From an uncultured Bacilli bacterium (GTDB lineage: Bacteria; Bacillota_I; Bacilli_A; RF39; UBA660), in assembly GCA_947632345.1 (NCBI GenBank), contig CANROW010000002.1, positions 1 to 63,501 on the forward strand: a DNA stretch of 63,501 nt, written 5' to 3'. Shown here piece after piece: positions 1 through 9,379 of this stretch (position 1 is the first letter of the stretch; every line of letters begins with the position of its first letter). The position numbers and the translations under genes are program-made. The notes beneath the pieces are model-generated. The model worked only from the letters and a program-made list of their open reading frames with translations. It made no database searches and had not been told where the DNA came from.

Positions 1-1
1 T

Positions 2-424
2 TTGGAAAGAGCTCTTGATAAATTGGATAACAATGGGACTTTTGATAAAAATGGTAATATTAAATTATATGATTTTTATACGATTGGACTTACAACCAAT
101 CGTGACAAACTCTATGGCATCATCAATGATCGGGTTGATAAGATGATTAAAAATGGCCTTTTAGAAGAAGTTAAAGCATTATATGATGCCCATATACACA
201 GCAAAGCAATCAATACAGGAATCGGTTATAAAGAACTGTATAATTATTTTGATGGTAATTGTACTCTCGAAGAAGCCATTGACGAAATCAAAAAGAATTC
301 GCGAAGATATGCTAAGAGACAATATACCTTTTTTAACAATCAAATGGACGTCAAATGGTTTGAAACTAATTATGATGATTTTAATAAGACAATTGAAGAA
401 GTATATAACTACATAAAGGAGTGA
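2..424 (+). CDS. miaA: tRNA dimethylallyltransferase MiaA, C-terminal fragment (5' end outside window)
   Basis: ORF is open at the window edge. It carries the C-terminal MiaA-type motif KKNSRRYAKRQYTFF and is followed 4 nt later by rsmE. Confidence 0.8.
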   Translation: MERALDKLDNNGTFDKNGNIKLYDFYTIGLTTNRDKLYGIINDRVDKMIKNGLLEEVKALYDAHIHSKAINTGIGYKELYNYFDGNCTLEEAIDEIKKNSRRYAKRQYTFFNNQMDVKWFETNYDDFNKTIEEVYNYIKE

Positions 425-428
425 TGTT

Positions 429-1142
429 GTGCAACGCTATTTTGTAAATACCAAAAATGATGTATTCAATCTTTCACTTGATGATTCTTACCATGTCATC
501 AGGGTCATGCGTAATAAGATTGGTGAAGAAATAGAAGTGGTTATTGATAAAGAAGTATATATATGTGAAATAATATCATTAAAAGATGATGTGGTCACTG
601 TTAAGAAAATTCGTTTAGAACAACAAAATAGTGAACTCCCTTGTCAAGTAACGATTGCGCAAAGTCTAATCAAAGAACAAAAGATGGATTATGTTTTACA
701 GAAATGTTGTGAATTGGGAGCTACGGAAATAATCCCTCTCAATACGACCAGAAGTGTTGTCAAGTTGGACAAAAAAGAAAACAAGAAAATCGAGCGTTGG
801 AATAAAATCTTAAAAGAAGCGAGCGAACAGTCGAAAAGAGTAGTAATACCAACGGTTAGAGCAATTTTAGACATTGATGATTTATGTGAACTTGACTATG
901 ATATAAAAATCTTATGCACAGTCAATGAAGTGACAACTTCGATTAAAAGGGTCTTATCAAATGACTTAAATGGTGCTAGAATATTATTTGTAATAGGTCC
1001 GGAGGGCGGATTTACCGATGATGAAGAGAAAAAATTGATCAGTAGTGGCTTTATCGCAACTTCTCTTGGAAACCGTGTCTTGCGGACAGAAACAGCAGCG
1101 TTGTACGCTCTCAGCATTATCAATTATATATTAATGAGGTGA
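429..1142 (+). CDS. rsmE: 16S rRNA (uracil1498-N3)-methyltransferase RsmE
   Basis: 237 aa with a GTG start. N-terminus is MQRYFV. The SPOUT-knot motifs FVIGPEGGFTDDE and LGNRVLRTETAA are typical of RsmE. Confidence 0.85.
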   Translation: MQRYFVNTKNDVFNLSLDDSYHVIRVMRNKIGEEIEVVIDKEVYICEIISLKDDVVTVKKIRLEQQNSELPCQVTIAQSLIKEQKMDYVLQKCCELGATEIIPLNTTRSVVKLDKKENKKIERWNKILKEASEQSKRVVIPTVRAILDIDDLCELDYDIKILCTVNEVTTSIKRVLSNDLNGARILFVIGPEGGFTDDEEKKLISSGFIATSLGNRVLRTETAALYALSIINYILMR

Positions 1143-1146
1143 AAGA

Positions 1147-2181
1147 ATGGGAAATCTAGCATCAACTGACATTGTAGTAGTATTGATTTTAATTGCCGTC
1201 ATATTTATTTTAATGGGTATCATTGGCATAATAGATATATTGAATAAAAAGCGTAAAAATGAAGAGAATTTATTTACGAACGATGAAGCTCAAACCAGCT
1301 TTGAAGAAGAAAAAAAGGCTGTTCTCGACAATAATTTAGGCGAGGAATCGCCACCAGCTTCTCCTGTTGAAATAGAAACTATTAAGACCAATAACAATAA
1401 GCATATTGAAGAGATTCGTTATGTTGAAGAAGACGAAGAATTAGAAAAGACGAAAGCCAAGATTGAACTAGAACGCTTAAAAGAGGAATTAATTCGTCAA
1501 GAAGAACAAAAACAACAAGAAAAGGTTGAGCCAGTTGCCGTTCAAACACCAGCTCCAAAACCAGTTGTTCAAGAACAAAAGGCTGAAGAAAAAACCGAAG
1601 TAGTAGAGATAGCCCACGCTATCAACGATGAATTGATCAAAGAAGAAATTGAAGAAAAGGAAGCTGACTTGCACAAAGTTAATGCTGTTCAAGAAGATTT
1701 ACAAGAACTTCTAAACAAAAGCATTGACGAAGAAATCGCCCTACACGAAGATGAACAGGAAAAGAAAGCGATCATCAGTGTGGAAGAGTTCAATAAGATT
1801 AGCGATTCCCTCTATGACAATAACGAACAAGTTCAAATGGCCTATGAAGATGAAGGAAATGAACCAATCACGATTGATGAGTTATATAATACGCGCGAAA
1901 TGAAAACAGTTAAGCTAGATGATTTTAATTCCGTTAAGATTGAAGAAAAACCAGTTGTCATCAATGAAGCAGACATTAAGAAATTGGAGGATTTACCACC
2001 AATCGCGCTAGAAAAAAAATTCAAATCATCACCTTTCATATCACCAGTGTTTGGAATTAGTGAAACGAAAGATAATCTTGAGTTAGAACAGACCGCCAAC
2101 TTAGAAAAACTCAATGATGAAATAAAGAAAACGAATGAATTCTTAAAGACTCTGAAAGAATTACAAAAAAATTTAGACTAA
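1147..2181 (+). CDS. Membrane-anchored E/K/Q-rich coiled-coil protein, function unknown
   Basis: 344 aa. It has one N-terminal TM helix (IVVVLILIAVIFILMGIIGII) followed by long charged low-complexity sequence. No catalytic motif was recognised. Confidence 0.6.
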   Translation: MGNLASTDIVVVLILIAVIFILMGIIGIIDILNKKRKNEENLFTNDEAQTSFEEEKKAVLDNNLGEESPPASPVEIETIKTNNNKHIEEIRYVEEDEELEKTKAKIELERLKEELIRQEEQKQQEKVEPVAVQTPAPKPVVQEQKAEEKTEVVEIAHAINDELIKEEIEEKEADLHKVNAVQEDLQELLNKSIDEEIALHEDEQEKKAIISVEEFNKISDSLYDNNEQVQMAYEDEGNEPITIDELYNTREMKTVKLDDFNSVKIEEKPVVINEADIKKLEDLPPIALEKKFKSSPFISPVFGISETKDNLELEQTANLEKLNDEIKKTNEFLKTLKELQKNLD

Positions 2182-2202
2182 ATAGAATAAAAATGCTATA
2201 AT
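2173..2202 (+). promoter_or_regulatory. Putative sigma-A promoter for mtaB
   Basis: TTAGAC (2173-2178), 18-nt spacer, then extended -10 TGcTATAAT (TATAAT at 2197-2202). Confidence 0.4.
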
Positions 2203-2252
2203 ACCTATAGCTTTTTATTTTGGGATTATTTTGTCGTATTGGAAGTGATGAT

Positions 2253-3530
2253 ATGAAAGTTGGAATTTATACACTCGGATGTAAGGTTAATACCTATGAA
2301 AGTGAATATGTGACTAAATGTTTATTAGATAATGGCTTTGAAATTGCCGATTTTGATGATATCTGTGACATATATATCATCAATACTTGTACAGTTACGA
2401 ATACAAGTGATGTTAAGAGTCGAAAAATCATTCGTCAAGCCAAAAAGAGAAATCCCAATGCTTGTGTAATCGCAATGGGGTGCTTTGTCCAACACGCTAA
2501 AGATAATTTGTTAGATGAGATAGATATTGCTGTTGGTAATAAAGATAAAGGAAAGATAGTTGAATTAATCAAAGAATATTTTAATGATAAAAAGAGAATT
2601 AATAGACTAGTTGCTAAAGATGATTTAACGGATTTTGAAGATATGTATCTTGATAAATATTTGTCGCGAACAAGAGCTTTTGTCAAAATTCAAGACGGAT
2701 GTGAAAACTTCTGCAGTTACTGTATCATTCCTTATGTGCGCGGAAAGTGTCGTAGTAAAGATTTTTCTACCTGTATTAAAGAGATTGAATCACTAGTTAA
2801 AAATGGTTTTAAAGAAATCGTTTTAACTGGGATTCATACCGGTAATTATGGACGCGATATCAATACTGATTTTGCTAGTCTATTAAAAAGAATTGTTGCA
2901 ATCAAAGGATTAAAACGTCTTAGAATTTCTTCGATTGAAGCTACTGAACTAAATGATGAAGTATTAGATGTCATCAAAAATAGTCCTGTCATTGTCGATC
3001 ATCTCCACATTCCTATTCAAGCGGCTAGTGATGAAGTGTTAAAGATAATGAATCGAAAATATGACTTATCATACTTCATGAATAAAATTGCGGAAGTTCG
3101 GCAATTAAGACCAAATATATCGATTACTACTGATATCATTGTTGGCCATCCTGGTGAAACTGATGAAATATTTAATAAGAGTATTGACGTCCTTAAGAAA
3201 ATTAATTTTTCTAAGCTTCACGTCTTCCCTTATTCGAAACGTGATGGTACTAAATCAGCGGATATGGAACAAGTCGATGAACAAGTTAAGAAACAGCGCG
3301 CTCACCAACTCCTTGCGTTATCTAAAGGCTTAGAAATCGCTTATATGAAACGATTTATCAATGCTGATTTAGATGTCATTTTTGAAAGAAATCACGATGG
3401 CATATCCATTGGTCATACCTCAAATTACTTACAGGTTAAAGTATCAGATAATATTGCTAGTGGTGAAGAAAAAACAGTTCACATTCAAAAAATTGAATAT
3501 CCATTCGTCATTGGCACGATAAAAAAATAA
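2253..3530 (+). CDS. mtaB: tRNA t6A37 methylthiotransferase MtaB (MiaB-like radical SAM enzyme)
   Basis: N-terminal UPF0004 domain (MKVGIYTLGCKVNTYES...NTCTVT), radical-SAM cluster CENFCSYC, and a TRAM-like C-terminus. Start was moved to ATG 2253, which follows GGAAGTGA. Confidence 0.85.
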   Translation: MKVGIYTLGCKVNTYESEYVTKCLLDNGFEIADFDDICDIYIINTCTVTNTSDVKSRKIIRQAKKRNPNACVIAMGCFVQHAKDNLLDEIDIAVGNKDKGKIVELIKEYFNDKKRINRLVAKDDLTDFEDMYLDKYLSRTRAFVKIQDGCENFCSYCIIPYVRGKCRSKDFSTCIKEIESLVKNGFKEIVLTGIHTGNYGRDINTDFASLLKRIVAIKGLKRLRISSIEATELNDEVLDVIKNSPVIVDHLHIPIQAASDEVLKIMNRKYDLSYFMNKIAEVRQLRPNISITTDIIVGHPGETDEIFNKSIDVLKKINFSKLHVFPYSKRDGTKSADMEQVDEQVKKQRAHQLLALSKGLEIAYMKRFINADLDVIFERNHDGISIGHTSNYLQVKVSDNIASGEEKTVHIQKIEYPFVIGTIKK

Positions 3531-3537
3531 AGGTATC

Positions 3538-3753
3538 TCAGATACCTTTTTGTATTTGTTTATATATTCGATCAATAATAGCTTTTTTCTCTTTATCATC
3601 AGCTTCTTCCCAATTCAATAAGAAGAAAATGCCCAATCCAGGTAAAGTTACCTCATCGTTATCAGCAATGGATTCTTCAATAGCGTTTTTAATCGTATTA
3701 ATATCATCATCTTTAAAATTGTTTATTATATAATCTTTAATATCACTTTTCAT
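3538..3753 (-). CDS. sspI: Small acid-soluble spore protein SspI-like
   Basis: 71 aa. The core TLPGLGIFFLLNWEEADDKEKKAII resembles the Bacillus SspI core (MLPGLGVLFEVIW...SEKNEM). Confidence 0.55.
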   Translation of the reverse strand: MKSDIKDYIINNFKDDDINTIKNAIEESIADNDEVTLPGLGIFFLLNWEEADDKEKKAIIDRIYKQIQKGI

Positions 3754-3872
3754 CTAATCATCTCCTATAAATATTTTTATCACATCATAGTATTTTTATA
3801 CTTTTAATATCTTTTAATAAATATTATAATATATGAATAGAACAAGAAAATTAATAGAGAAGTGGTGGTAAA

Positions 3873-4511
3873 ATGTATTTTAAAATAAAAGACGAATTAT
3901 ATGATGTTGAAATCGTCAAAAAGATGAGAACGCGTAATACTTATATTCGCGTCAAAGATGATTTAACCATTTATGTGACCACTAATCGTTTTGTGCCAGA
4001 TTGGGAAATTGAAAGAATTTTAAAAAAGAGTGAGACATCCATTATTAAAATGATTGAGGCTAAAAGAAAAAAAGATGAGTTTAGTAAAAATTTTTATTTT
4101 TTAGGTAAAAAATATGATATAGTATATACAAATGACAATGATGTTGTCTTCAGTTTTAATAAAGTATATTTAGGTCGAAATATTGATTTGGATAAATGGT
4201 ATAAAAAAGAAGCTTCTAGGATTTTTAAAGAGCGATTTAATTATAATTATCAAAAATTTTCAAGAAAGATTCCTTATCCATCGCTAACTATTAGAAAGAT
4301 GAAAACGCGATGGGGCGTTTGTAATACTAAGGATATAAAAGTAACTTTAAATTTAGAGCTCATCAAAAAGGATATTGATTGCTTAGATTATGTCATCAAT
4401 CATGAGTTATCTCATTTGATTGAAGGAAATCATTCGAAAAGATTTTGGAGTGTGGTTGCTGAAAATTATCCTCATTATAAAGAAGTGCGGAAATTATTGA
4501 ATGACTACTAG
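3873..4511 (+). CDS. YgjP-like (DUF45 / M48-type) metal-dependent hydrolase
   Basis: The C-terminal zinc motif HELSHLIEGNHSKRFW is characteristic of the YgjP/DUF45 family. Confidence 0.7.
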   Translation: MYFKIKDELYDVEIVKKMRTRNTYIRVKDDLTIYVTTNRFVPDWEIERILKKSETSIIKMIEAKRKKDEFSKNFYFLGKKYDIVYTNDNDVVFSFNKVYLGRNIDLDKWYKKEASRIFKERFNYNYQKFSRKIPYPSLTIRKMKTRWGVCNTKDIKVTLNLELIKKDIDCLDYVINHELSHLIEGNHSKRFWSVVAENYPHYKEVRKLLNDY

Positions 4512-4543
4512 AAAAATAAAAGATTAATAAAGGTTGTGTTATA

Positions 4544-5278
4544 GTGTTAATAACGAGTTTAGATAATGAAAAAATAAAAGGATATATAAAGTTAAAAGAT
4601 CGTAAGTATCGCAAGAAGACTAATACATTTATCGTTGAGGGAAGACATTTAGTCTTAGAAGCATATAAAGCGGGGCGAATCATTGAATTAATTCTAGAAA
4701 AAGATGAAGTCCTTCCGTTAGATTTGCCAACAGTGTATGTCACTAATGAGATAATAAGTAAAATCTCGGAGTTAGAGAATCCTGATACCGTTATGGCTCT
4801 ATGCAAAATGGATGAAAAACAAGATATCGTGGGCGAACGCATTCTTCTATTAGATGGCGTACAAGATCCTGGTAACTTGGGAACAATAATTCGAAGCAGT
4901 TTAGCTTTTAATGTCGATACGATTGTATTAAGTCCAACTTGTGTCGATTTATATAATCCAAAAGTTCTTCGTTCAACCCAAGGAATGATTTTTGGTATCA
5001 ATATTATTAGAGTTGAATTAGCTGATGTCATTCACCAATTAAAACAAAAAGAAATACCCGTTTATGGCACCAAAGTCGAATATGGTGAAGACGTAGTAAA
5101 TCTAAAAGAAAAAGATCGATGCCGTTTTGGCTTAGTAATGGGCAATGAAGGTCAAGGCATTAGCGAGGAAATAGCTGATTTATGTGATAAATTTCTCTAC
5201 ATTGATATGAATGATAGAGTTGAAAGTTTAAATGTTGCGGTTGCAACTTCTATTCTTCTATATGAATTAAATAAGTAG
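4544..5278 (+). CDS. TrmH/SpoU-family RNA 2'-O-methyltransferase
   Basis: SPOUT motifs LLDGVQDPGNLGTIIRS, LVMGNEGQGIS and LNVAVATSILLYE. GTG start. Confidence 0.8.
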   Translation: MLITSLDNEKIKGYIKLKDRKYRKKTNTFIVEGRHLVLEAYKAGRIIELILEKDEVLPLDLPTVYVTNEIISKISELENPDTVMALCKMDEKQDIVGERILLLDGVQDPGNLGTIIRSSLAFNVDTIVLSPTCVDLYNPKVLRSTQGMIFGINIIRVELADVIHQLKQKEIPVYGTKVEYGEDVVNLKEKDRCRFGLVMGNEGQGISEEIADLCDKFLYIDMNDRVESLNVAVATSILLYELNK

Positions 5279-5285
5279 GTGCCCT

Positions 5286-5780
5286 ATGGAATATATTTTA
5301 ATAGGTAAAATTGTTGCGACCCATGGAATTAGAGGGGAGCTTCGAATTAAAAGTTCTTTTGAATACAAGGAGCGTATTTTTCAAAAAGGTTTTGTGCTTT
5401 ATATAGGAAAAGATAAAATACACGAAGTGATTAGTACTTATCGCCATCATAAAGACTATGAAATGGTCACTTTTGATGAATATAATAATATCAATCAAGT
5501 TTTAAAATATTTAAAACAGGATGTCTATGTGCGAAAAGAGGATTTAAATCTGCAAAATGATGAGTATTTAGAAAAAGACTTAATTGGAATGCAGGTCGAA
5601 TGCGCTGGAAAAACAATTGGAGTCGTTCGCGATATTACAAATACCTCTCCAACTACTAAAGTGATGGAGATTGAAATAGATGGTAAAAGGGTATTGATTC
5701 CATATCACCCAGATTTTCTTTTAAAGGTAGATTTACAAAATGGAAAAATAGAAGTAAAATTAATAGAGGGAATGATTTGA
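5286..5780 (+). CDS. rimM: 16S rRNA processing protein RimM
   Basis: N-terminus IGKIVATHGIRGELRIKS, a PRC-barrel C-terminus, and the conserved position directly upstream of trmD. Confidence 0.85.
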   Translation: MEYILIGKIVATHGIRGELRIKSSFEYKERIFQKGFVLYIGKDKIHEVISTYRHHKDYEMVTFDEYNNINQVLKYLKQDVYVRKEDLNLQNDEYLEKDLIGMQVECAGKTIGVVRDITNTSPTTKVMEIEIDGKRVLIPYHPDFLLKVDLQNGKIEVKLIEGMI

Positions 5781-6442
5781 TGAAAATAGATATATTGACA
5801 CTATTTCCTAATATGTTTGATGGGTTTCTGAATGAATCTATCATAAAAAGAGCTATTGAGAAAAAAGCTGTTTCAATTAACATCGTCAATTTCCGCAATT
5901 ATTCAAAATTGAATAATAGTCAAGTTGATGATACTCCCTATGGTGGCGGGAGCGGCATGGTTTTGATGTGTGAACCGATTGTCAGCGCAATTGAGGACTT
6001 ACGGGATGACGATACCACTGTTATTTTAATGACACCACAAGGTATGACATACAAGCAAGCTATGGCTCATGAATTAAAGCAGAAAAAGCATCTGATATTA
6101 GTATGTGGCCATTATGAAGGTTTTGATGAAAGAATTAGATCTTTTGTCGATATGGAGATAAGTATTGGCGATTATGTATTAACAGGTGGTGAAATACCAG
6201 CAATGGCGATTTGTGATAGTGTCATTCGTCTATTGGATGGAGTGATTAAAGAAGAGTCTTATCGTGAAGATTCCTTTACCGATAAAAGACTGGATTATCC
6301 TACTTATACTAAACCTTATGATTTTCGTGGGATGAAGGTGCCTGATGTTCTTCTATCAGGAAATCATCAAGAAATTGCTAAGTATCGTGAAAATGAAAGT
6401 TTAAAGCGAACGAAAGAACGCCGACCAGATTTATTAGATTAG
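5780..6442 (+). CDS. trmD: tRNA (guanine37-N1)-methyltransferase TrmD
   Basis: Motifs MKIDILTLFPNMF, DDTPYGGGSGMVL, CGHYEGFDERI and GDYVLTGGE. ATG 5780 overlaps the rimM stop by 1 nt. Confidence 0.95.
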   Translation: MKIDILTLFPNMFDGFLNESIIKRAIEKKAVSINIVNFRNYSKLNNSQVDDTPYGGGSGMVLMCEPIVSAIEDLRDDDTTVILMTPQGMTYKQAMAHELKQKKHLILVCGHYEGFDERIRSFVDMEISIGDYVLTGGEIPAMAICDSVIRLLDGVIKEESYREDSFTDKRLDYPTYTKPYDFRGMKVPDVLLSGNHQEIAKYRENESLKRTKERRPDLLD

Positions 6443-6448
6443 AGAAAG

Positions 6449-6919
6449 ATGGTGAATGTTATGCCTATTAACCAAAGATTTTTAGTTGTTAAGACCAAAG
6501 ATTCAAAAGAAATTACTTATATGGAATATGATAAGATTGATGGATATAAAATAACACCAAAGAATAATGTTAAGTTTACTGATGCAATTAACGTCAAAAG
6601 TATGGTTTTAATAAATCCATCATTAATTGAGAAAATGGTTGATATTAAAGCCCGTAAACGTTTTAACTATCTAATTAATTTATTGGCTATTATCTATGAA
6701 GATGATGATATGTCAGGCGAAGGACTTCGTCTTGCTAAAAACGAAGCTGAAAAGTTTAGAATGGAAATCATTAATAAATATAAAAAATATATCAGTGAAG
6801 AAAAATTAGAGTTGCTTGAAAACAAGTTACAGATATTAGAAGATGAATTAGATTTGCGAATGGAATATTTACTAGATATGCAGGAGCAATTTAATAAGGA
6901 AGAAGGAAAGAGTCGATAA
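6449..6919 (+). CDS. Hypothetical protein with coiled-coil C-terminus
   Basis: 156-aa ORF in a coding-like frame with a terminator at its 3' end. No motif was recognised. The start could be ATG 6461 instead. Confidence 0.5.
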   Translation: MVNVMPINQRFLVVKTKDSKEITYMEYDKIDGYKITPKNNVKFTDAINVKSMVLINPSLIEKMVDIKARKRFNYLINLLAIIYEDDDMSGEGLRLAKNEAEKFRMEIINKYKKYISEEKLELLENKLQILEDELDLRMEYLLDMQEQFNKEEGKSR

Positions 6920-6932
6920 TCCTTCTTTTTTT
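6901..6932 (+). terminator. Rho-independent terminator
   Basis: AGAAGGA (6901-6907) pairs with TCCTTCT (6920-6926), followed by a T6 run. It spans the stop codon of the 6449 ORF. Confidence 0.6.
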
Positions 6933-6954
6933 AGCAGAAGACGATATTATTTTG

Positions 6955-6983
6955 TTGTAAAAAGCTTAGGTATATGTTATAAT
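6955..6983 (+). promoter_or_regulatory. Putative sigma-A promoter for the J-domain gene
   Basis: TTGTAA (6955-6960), 17-nt spacer, then TGtTATAAT (TATAAT at 6978-6983). Confidence 0.5.
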
Positions 6984-7010
6984 ACAATACTGTTTTGGGG
7001 GTGTAAGCTA

Positions 7011-7586
7011 ATGAATCAGAATTATTATCAAATATTGGGGGTTTCTCAAAACGCCACACCTGATGAGATTAAAGTGGCATTTAGAAAATTAGCTAAACAA
7101 TATCATCCAGATATGAATTCCGGTGTCGATACAACACAAAAGTTTCAAGCCATTTTGGAAGCTTATGAGGTTTTATCTGATGATACAAAAAGAAGGGAAT
7201 ATGATACTGTAACATTTGCGAGTGGTAGTAGCAATTATCATACCGATGATGGTGTCTGGGAGGCTTACTGGGATATTTTTAAAACTATTTTCGGTGGGAT
7301 GAACAGCTCGCAATCACAATCAAGAACTAAACAGGATGAAAAACCCAATTATCATCAAAGGCAACCAGGTAATATTCGTCTTGATCTAGATGATACGACC
7401 ATTGACATTAAGCTTTCAGCATTAGTTGATACAGATTGTTTTTCTATTCAAAATGAGAATGGAAGAGATATCGGTGTACTTCGTTTTGGAAAACATACGA
7501 TTAAAATCATAACGGATGGTTATGTCAATTTAACAGATAGTCGTGGCGTAAAAGAGATCGAAATACAAAAAGGGCATCGCTTATAG
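7011..7586 (+). CDS. Orphan J-domain (DnaJ-like) protein lacking G/F and zinc-finger regions
   Basis: N-terminal J domain [32 protein letters not shown]...YEVLSD with the HPD tripeptide. The C-terminal 110 aa are unrecognised. Confidence 0.8.
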   Translation: MNQNYYQILGVSQNATPDEIKVAFRKLAKQYHPDMNSGVDTTQKFQAILEAYEVLSDDTKRREYDTVTFASGSSNYHTDDGVWEAYWDIFKTIFGGMNSSQSQSRTKQDEKPNYHQRQPGNIRLDLDDTTIDIKLSALVDTDCFSIQNENGRDIGVLRFGKHTIKIITDGYVNLTDSRGVKEIEIQKGHRL

Positions 7587-7596
7587 AAATTAGTGA

Positions 7597-7625
7597 TTGC
7601 ATTAATCTTTTTTGTATGCTATAAT
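7597..7625 (+). promoter_or_regulatory. Putative sigma-A promoter for rplS
   Basis: TTGCAT (7597-7602), 17-nt spacer, then TGcTATAAT (TATAAT at 7620-7625). Confidence 0.55.
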
Positions 7626-7689
7626 TACTGATAGTGATCCGCTGGATGGACATTTATGATCGCTTGAAATAGAAAAGGAGAGAGATATC
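7626..7689 (+). promoter_or_regulatory. Possible L19 (rplS) leader
   Basis: A 5' UTR of about 64 nt contains the hairpin GTGATC...GATCGC just before the SD sequence AAAGGAGAG. Firmicutes are known to carry an autoregulatory L19 leader at this position. This was not verified against a covariance model. Confidence 0.3.
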
Positions 7690-8037
7690 ATGGCAAATGT
7701 AATTGATAAAATTACAGAAAAACAACTAAACCCAAACTTGCCAGAATTTAGAGTTGGGGACACAGTTAGAGTCGATGTAAAAATCATTGAGGGAAAAAGA
7801 GAAAGAATCCAAGCATTTGAAGGAATTGTAACTGCTCGCAAAGGTGGAGGAGTAAGTGAGACTTTCACAGTTAGAAAAGTTTCATACGGGGTAGGAGTTG
7901 AAAGAATATTCCCAGTTAATTCACCAAAGATTGCCGGTATTACAGTTATTAAGAAAGGTAAAGTAAGAAGAGCTAAATTAAATTTCTTAAAGAATGTTGT
8001 TGGACAATATCGAATTAAAGAAAGAGGACAAGAATAA
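7690..8037 (+). CDS. rplS: 50S ribosomal protein L19
   Basis: 115 aa. Motifs [26 protein letters not shown] and [14 protein letters not shown]. Confidence 0.97.
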   Translation: MANVIDKITEKQLNPNLPEFRVGDTVRVDVKIIEGKRERIQAFEGIVTARKGGGVSETFTVRKVSYGVGVERIFPVNSPKIAGITVIKKGKVRRAKLNFLKNVVGQYRIKERGQE

Positions 8038-8057
8038 GGCAACATGCCTTATTTTTT
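8034..8057 (+). terminator. Rho-independent terminator after rplS
   Basis: ATAAGGCA / TGCCTTAT stem followed by a T6 run. Confidence 0.65.
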
Positions 8058-8060
8058 AGT

Positions 8061-8573
8061 TTGACTATGGAAAACGTAAAAAGAATTGTTAAAGAATATT
8101 GGATTTATGTCGCTATCATCGTTGTCATTCTTTTAATTAAGAGTTACGTCATAGCGCCAATTGTTGTCAATGGTACATCCATGGATTCAACTTTACGTGA
8201 TGGTGATTTAATGCTTCTGAATAAATTCGAATATGAAGTATCAGACATTCATCGCTTTGATATTGTCGTTGTAAAACATGATGGGAAACATATCATTAAA
8301 CGTGTCATAGGAATGCCTGGCGATAGCGTCAAATGTGAAGATAATATTTTATATATTAATGGCAAAGTCTATGCGGAAGAATATTTAGATCCTGGAACAG
8401 AAACTCAAGATTTTGAAATAGCTGAAATTGCCGAAGGCTATTATTTTGTTCTAGGTGATAATCGTGAGGTATCATTAGATAGTCGTTCGATTGGTCCTGT
8501 AAAAGAATCTGATATTGAAGGCCATGCCTTTTTTACATTATTTCCATTTAATCGCTTTGGAAAAAGTGAGTAA
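8061..8573 (+). CDS. lepB: Signal peptidase I
   Basis: N-terminal TM helix, catalytic-Ser box NGTSMDSTL, IKRVIGMPGD, and GDNREVSLDSR. The true start may be ATG 8067. Confidence 0.9.
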   Translation: MTMENVKRIVKEYWIYVAIIVVILLIKSYVIAPIVVNGTSMDSTLRDGDLMLLNKFEYEVSDIHRFDIVVVKHDGKHIIKRVIGMPGDSVKCEDNILYINGKVYAEEYLDPGTETQDFEIAEIAEGYYFVLGDNREVSLDSRSIGPVKESDIEGHAFFTLFPFNRFGKSE

Positions 8574-8585
8574 GGAGAATTGAGA

Positions 8586-9209
8586 ATGAAAGTCATTTTT
8601 GGTACGACGAATAAACGCAAGATTGAAGATTTACAAAATATTAGTAATCAATTCAATCTCGGACTAGATATTTTGAGTATGGATGATATTGGTTGGAATT
8701 TAGGCGAAATTGATGAAATAGGAAATACGCTTGAAGAAAACTCTCTCATTAAAGCCCAAGCTATCTATGATTTTTGTCAAAAAGAGGAGATTAGTTATCC
8801 AATTATTACCGATGACGCAGGATTGTTTTGTGATGCTTTGAATGGTGAACCAGGAATCAAGACTGCGCGATACGCTGATGAAGAAATTGCCTTAAATCCA
8901 ACGCTTCCTAAATATCAATGTGTATATAAATTATTGGAAAAGCTCGATGGTGAAACGAATCGAAAAGCAACATACTATTGTGTAGTAACATGTATGATGC
9001 CTGATAAAACCTATTTTCAAGAAATGGGTGAGAGCCAAGGGACGATTGCGACTGAAGTAATAGGTGAAATGAAAAGACCATACTTTTACTCGGTATTTGT
9101 TTTAGAGGGTAGTGATAAGCCTTTTAATCAATTAAAACCTGAAGAATTATCAGATACATACCGGTATTCAGCTCTTAAGAAGACGTTAAAGAAAATAAGT
9201 AATAGATAA
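8586..9209 (+). CDS. rdgB: Non-canonical purine NTP pyrophosphatase (RdgB/HAM1 family)
   Basis: Motifs VIFGTTNKRKIEDL and ITDDAGLFCDALNGEPGIKTARYA. ATG 8586 follows GGAGAA. Confidence 0.85.
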   Translation: MKVIFGTTNKRKIEDLQNISNQFNLGLDILSMDDIGWNLGEIDEIGNTLEENSLIKAQAIYDFCQKEEISYPIITDDAGLFCDALNGEPGIKTARYADEEIALNPTLPKYQCVYKLLEKLDGETNRKATYYCVVTCMMPDKTYFQEMGESQGTIATEVIGEMKRPYFYSVFVLEGSDKPFNQLKPEELSDTYRYSALKKTLKKISNR

Positions 9210-9311
9210 CATATTAGCGATGTTTTTTGTAATTATTTAATATGCTTGCTACAACCAATATATTTTATCTGGATATCTTTGGACAAAAAAAGTAGCTTGT
9301 CATAGATATTC

Positions 9312-9334
9312 CCAAGAGTTATTCTTGGTTTTTT
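9312..9334 (+). terminator. Rho-independent terminator after rdgB
   Basis: CCAAGA (9312-9317) pairs with TCTTGG (9323-9328), followed by a T6 run. Confidence 0.65.
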
Positions 9335-9379
9335 ATTGATTTAATTGTCAGATACTCATTAAATTTAATTTGCGGAAGG

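Noticed and set aside
183-416. Same-strand alternative-frame ORFs nested in real genes: 183-416, 3139-3333, 9504-9719, 10429-10635, 18178-18417, 35113-35304, 48932-49225, 51391-51612, 53242-53451, 57431-57628, 58664-58849 and 59373-59606.
   Set aside because: They are nested in, or antisense to, longer ORFs with recognised motifs, and they carry no independent translation signals.
4396-5031. A 211-aa minus-strand ORF in the track, overlapping the YgjP-like and TrmH-family genes. The same applies to the other antisense ORFs at 689-874, 896-1123, 1489-1692, 1842-2114, 2435-2686, 5298-5498, 5656-5898, 7602-8045, 22823-23023, 25040-25246, 26813-27118, 27950-28159, 28493-28738, 29442-29657, 29715-30098, 32075-32308, 33345-33620, 43151-43336, 45659-46060, 46202-46384, 46436-46780, 47669-47887, 49030-49356, 49699-49884, 53953-54315, 54270-54452, 54964-55155, 60431-60691 and 61942-62232.
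   Set aside because: Each lies entirely inside, and antisense to, a gene with clear family motifs. They have Ser/Leu/Ile/Phe-rich low-complexity translations typical of shadow ORFs and lack SD sequences.
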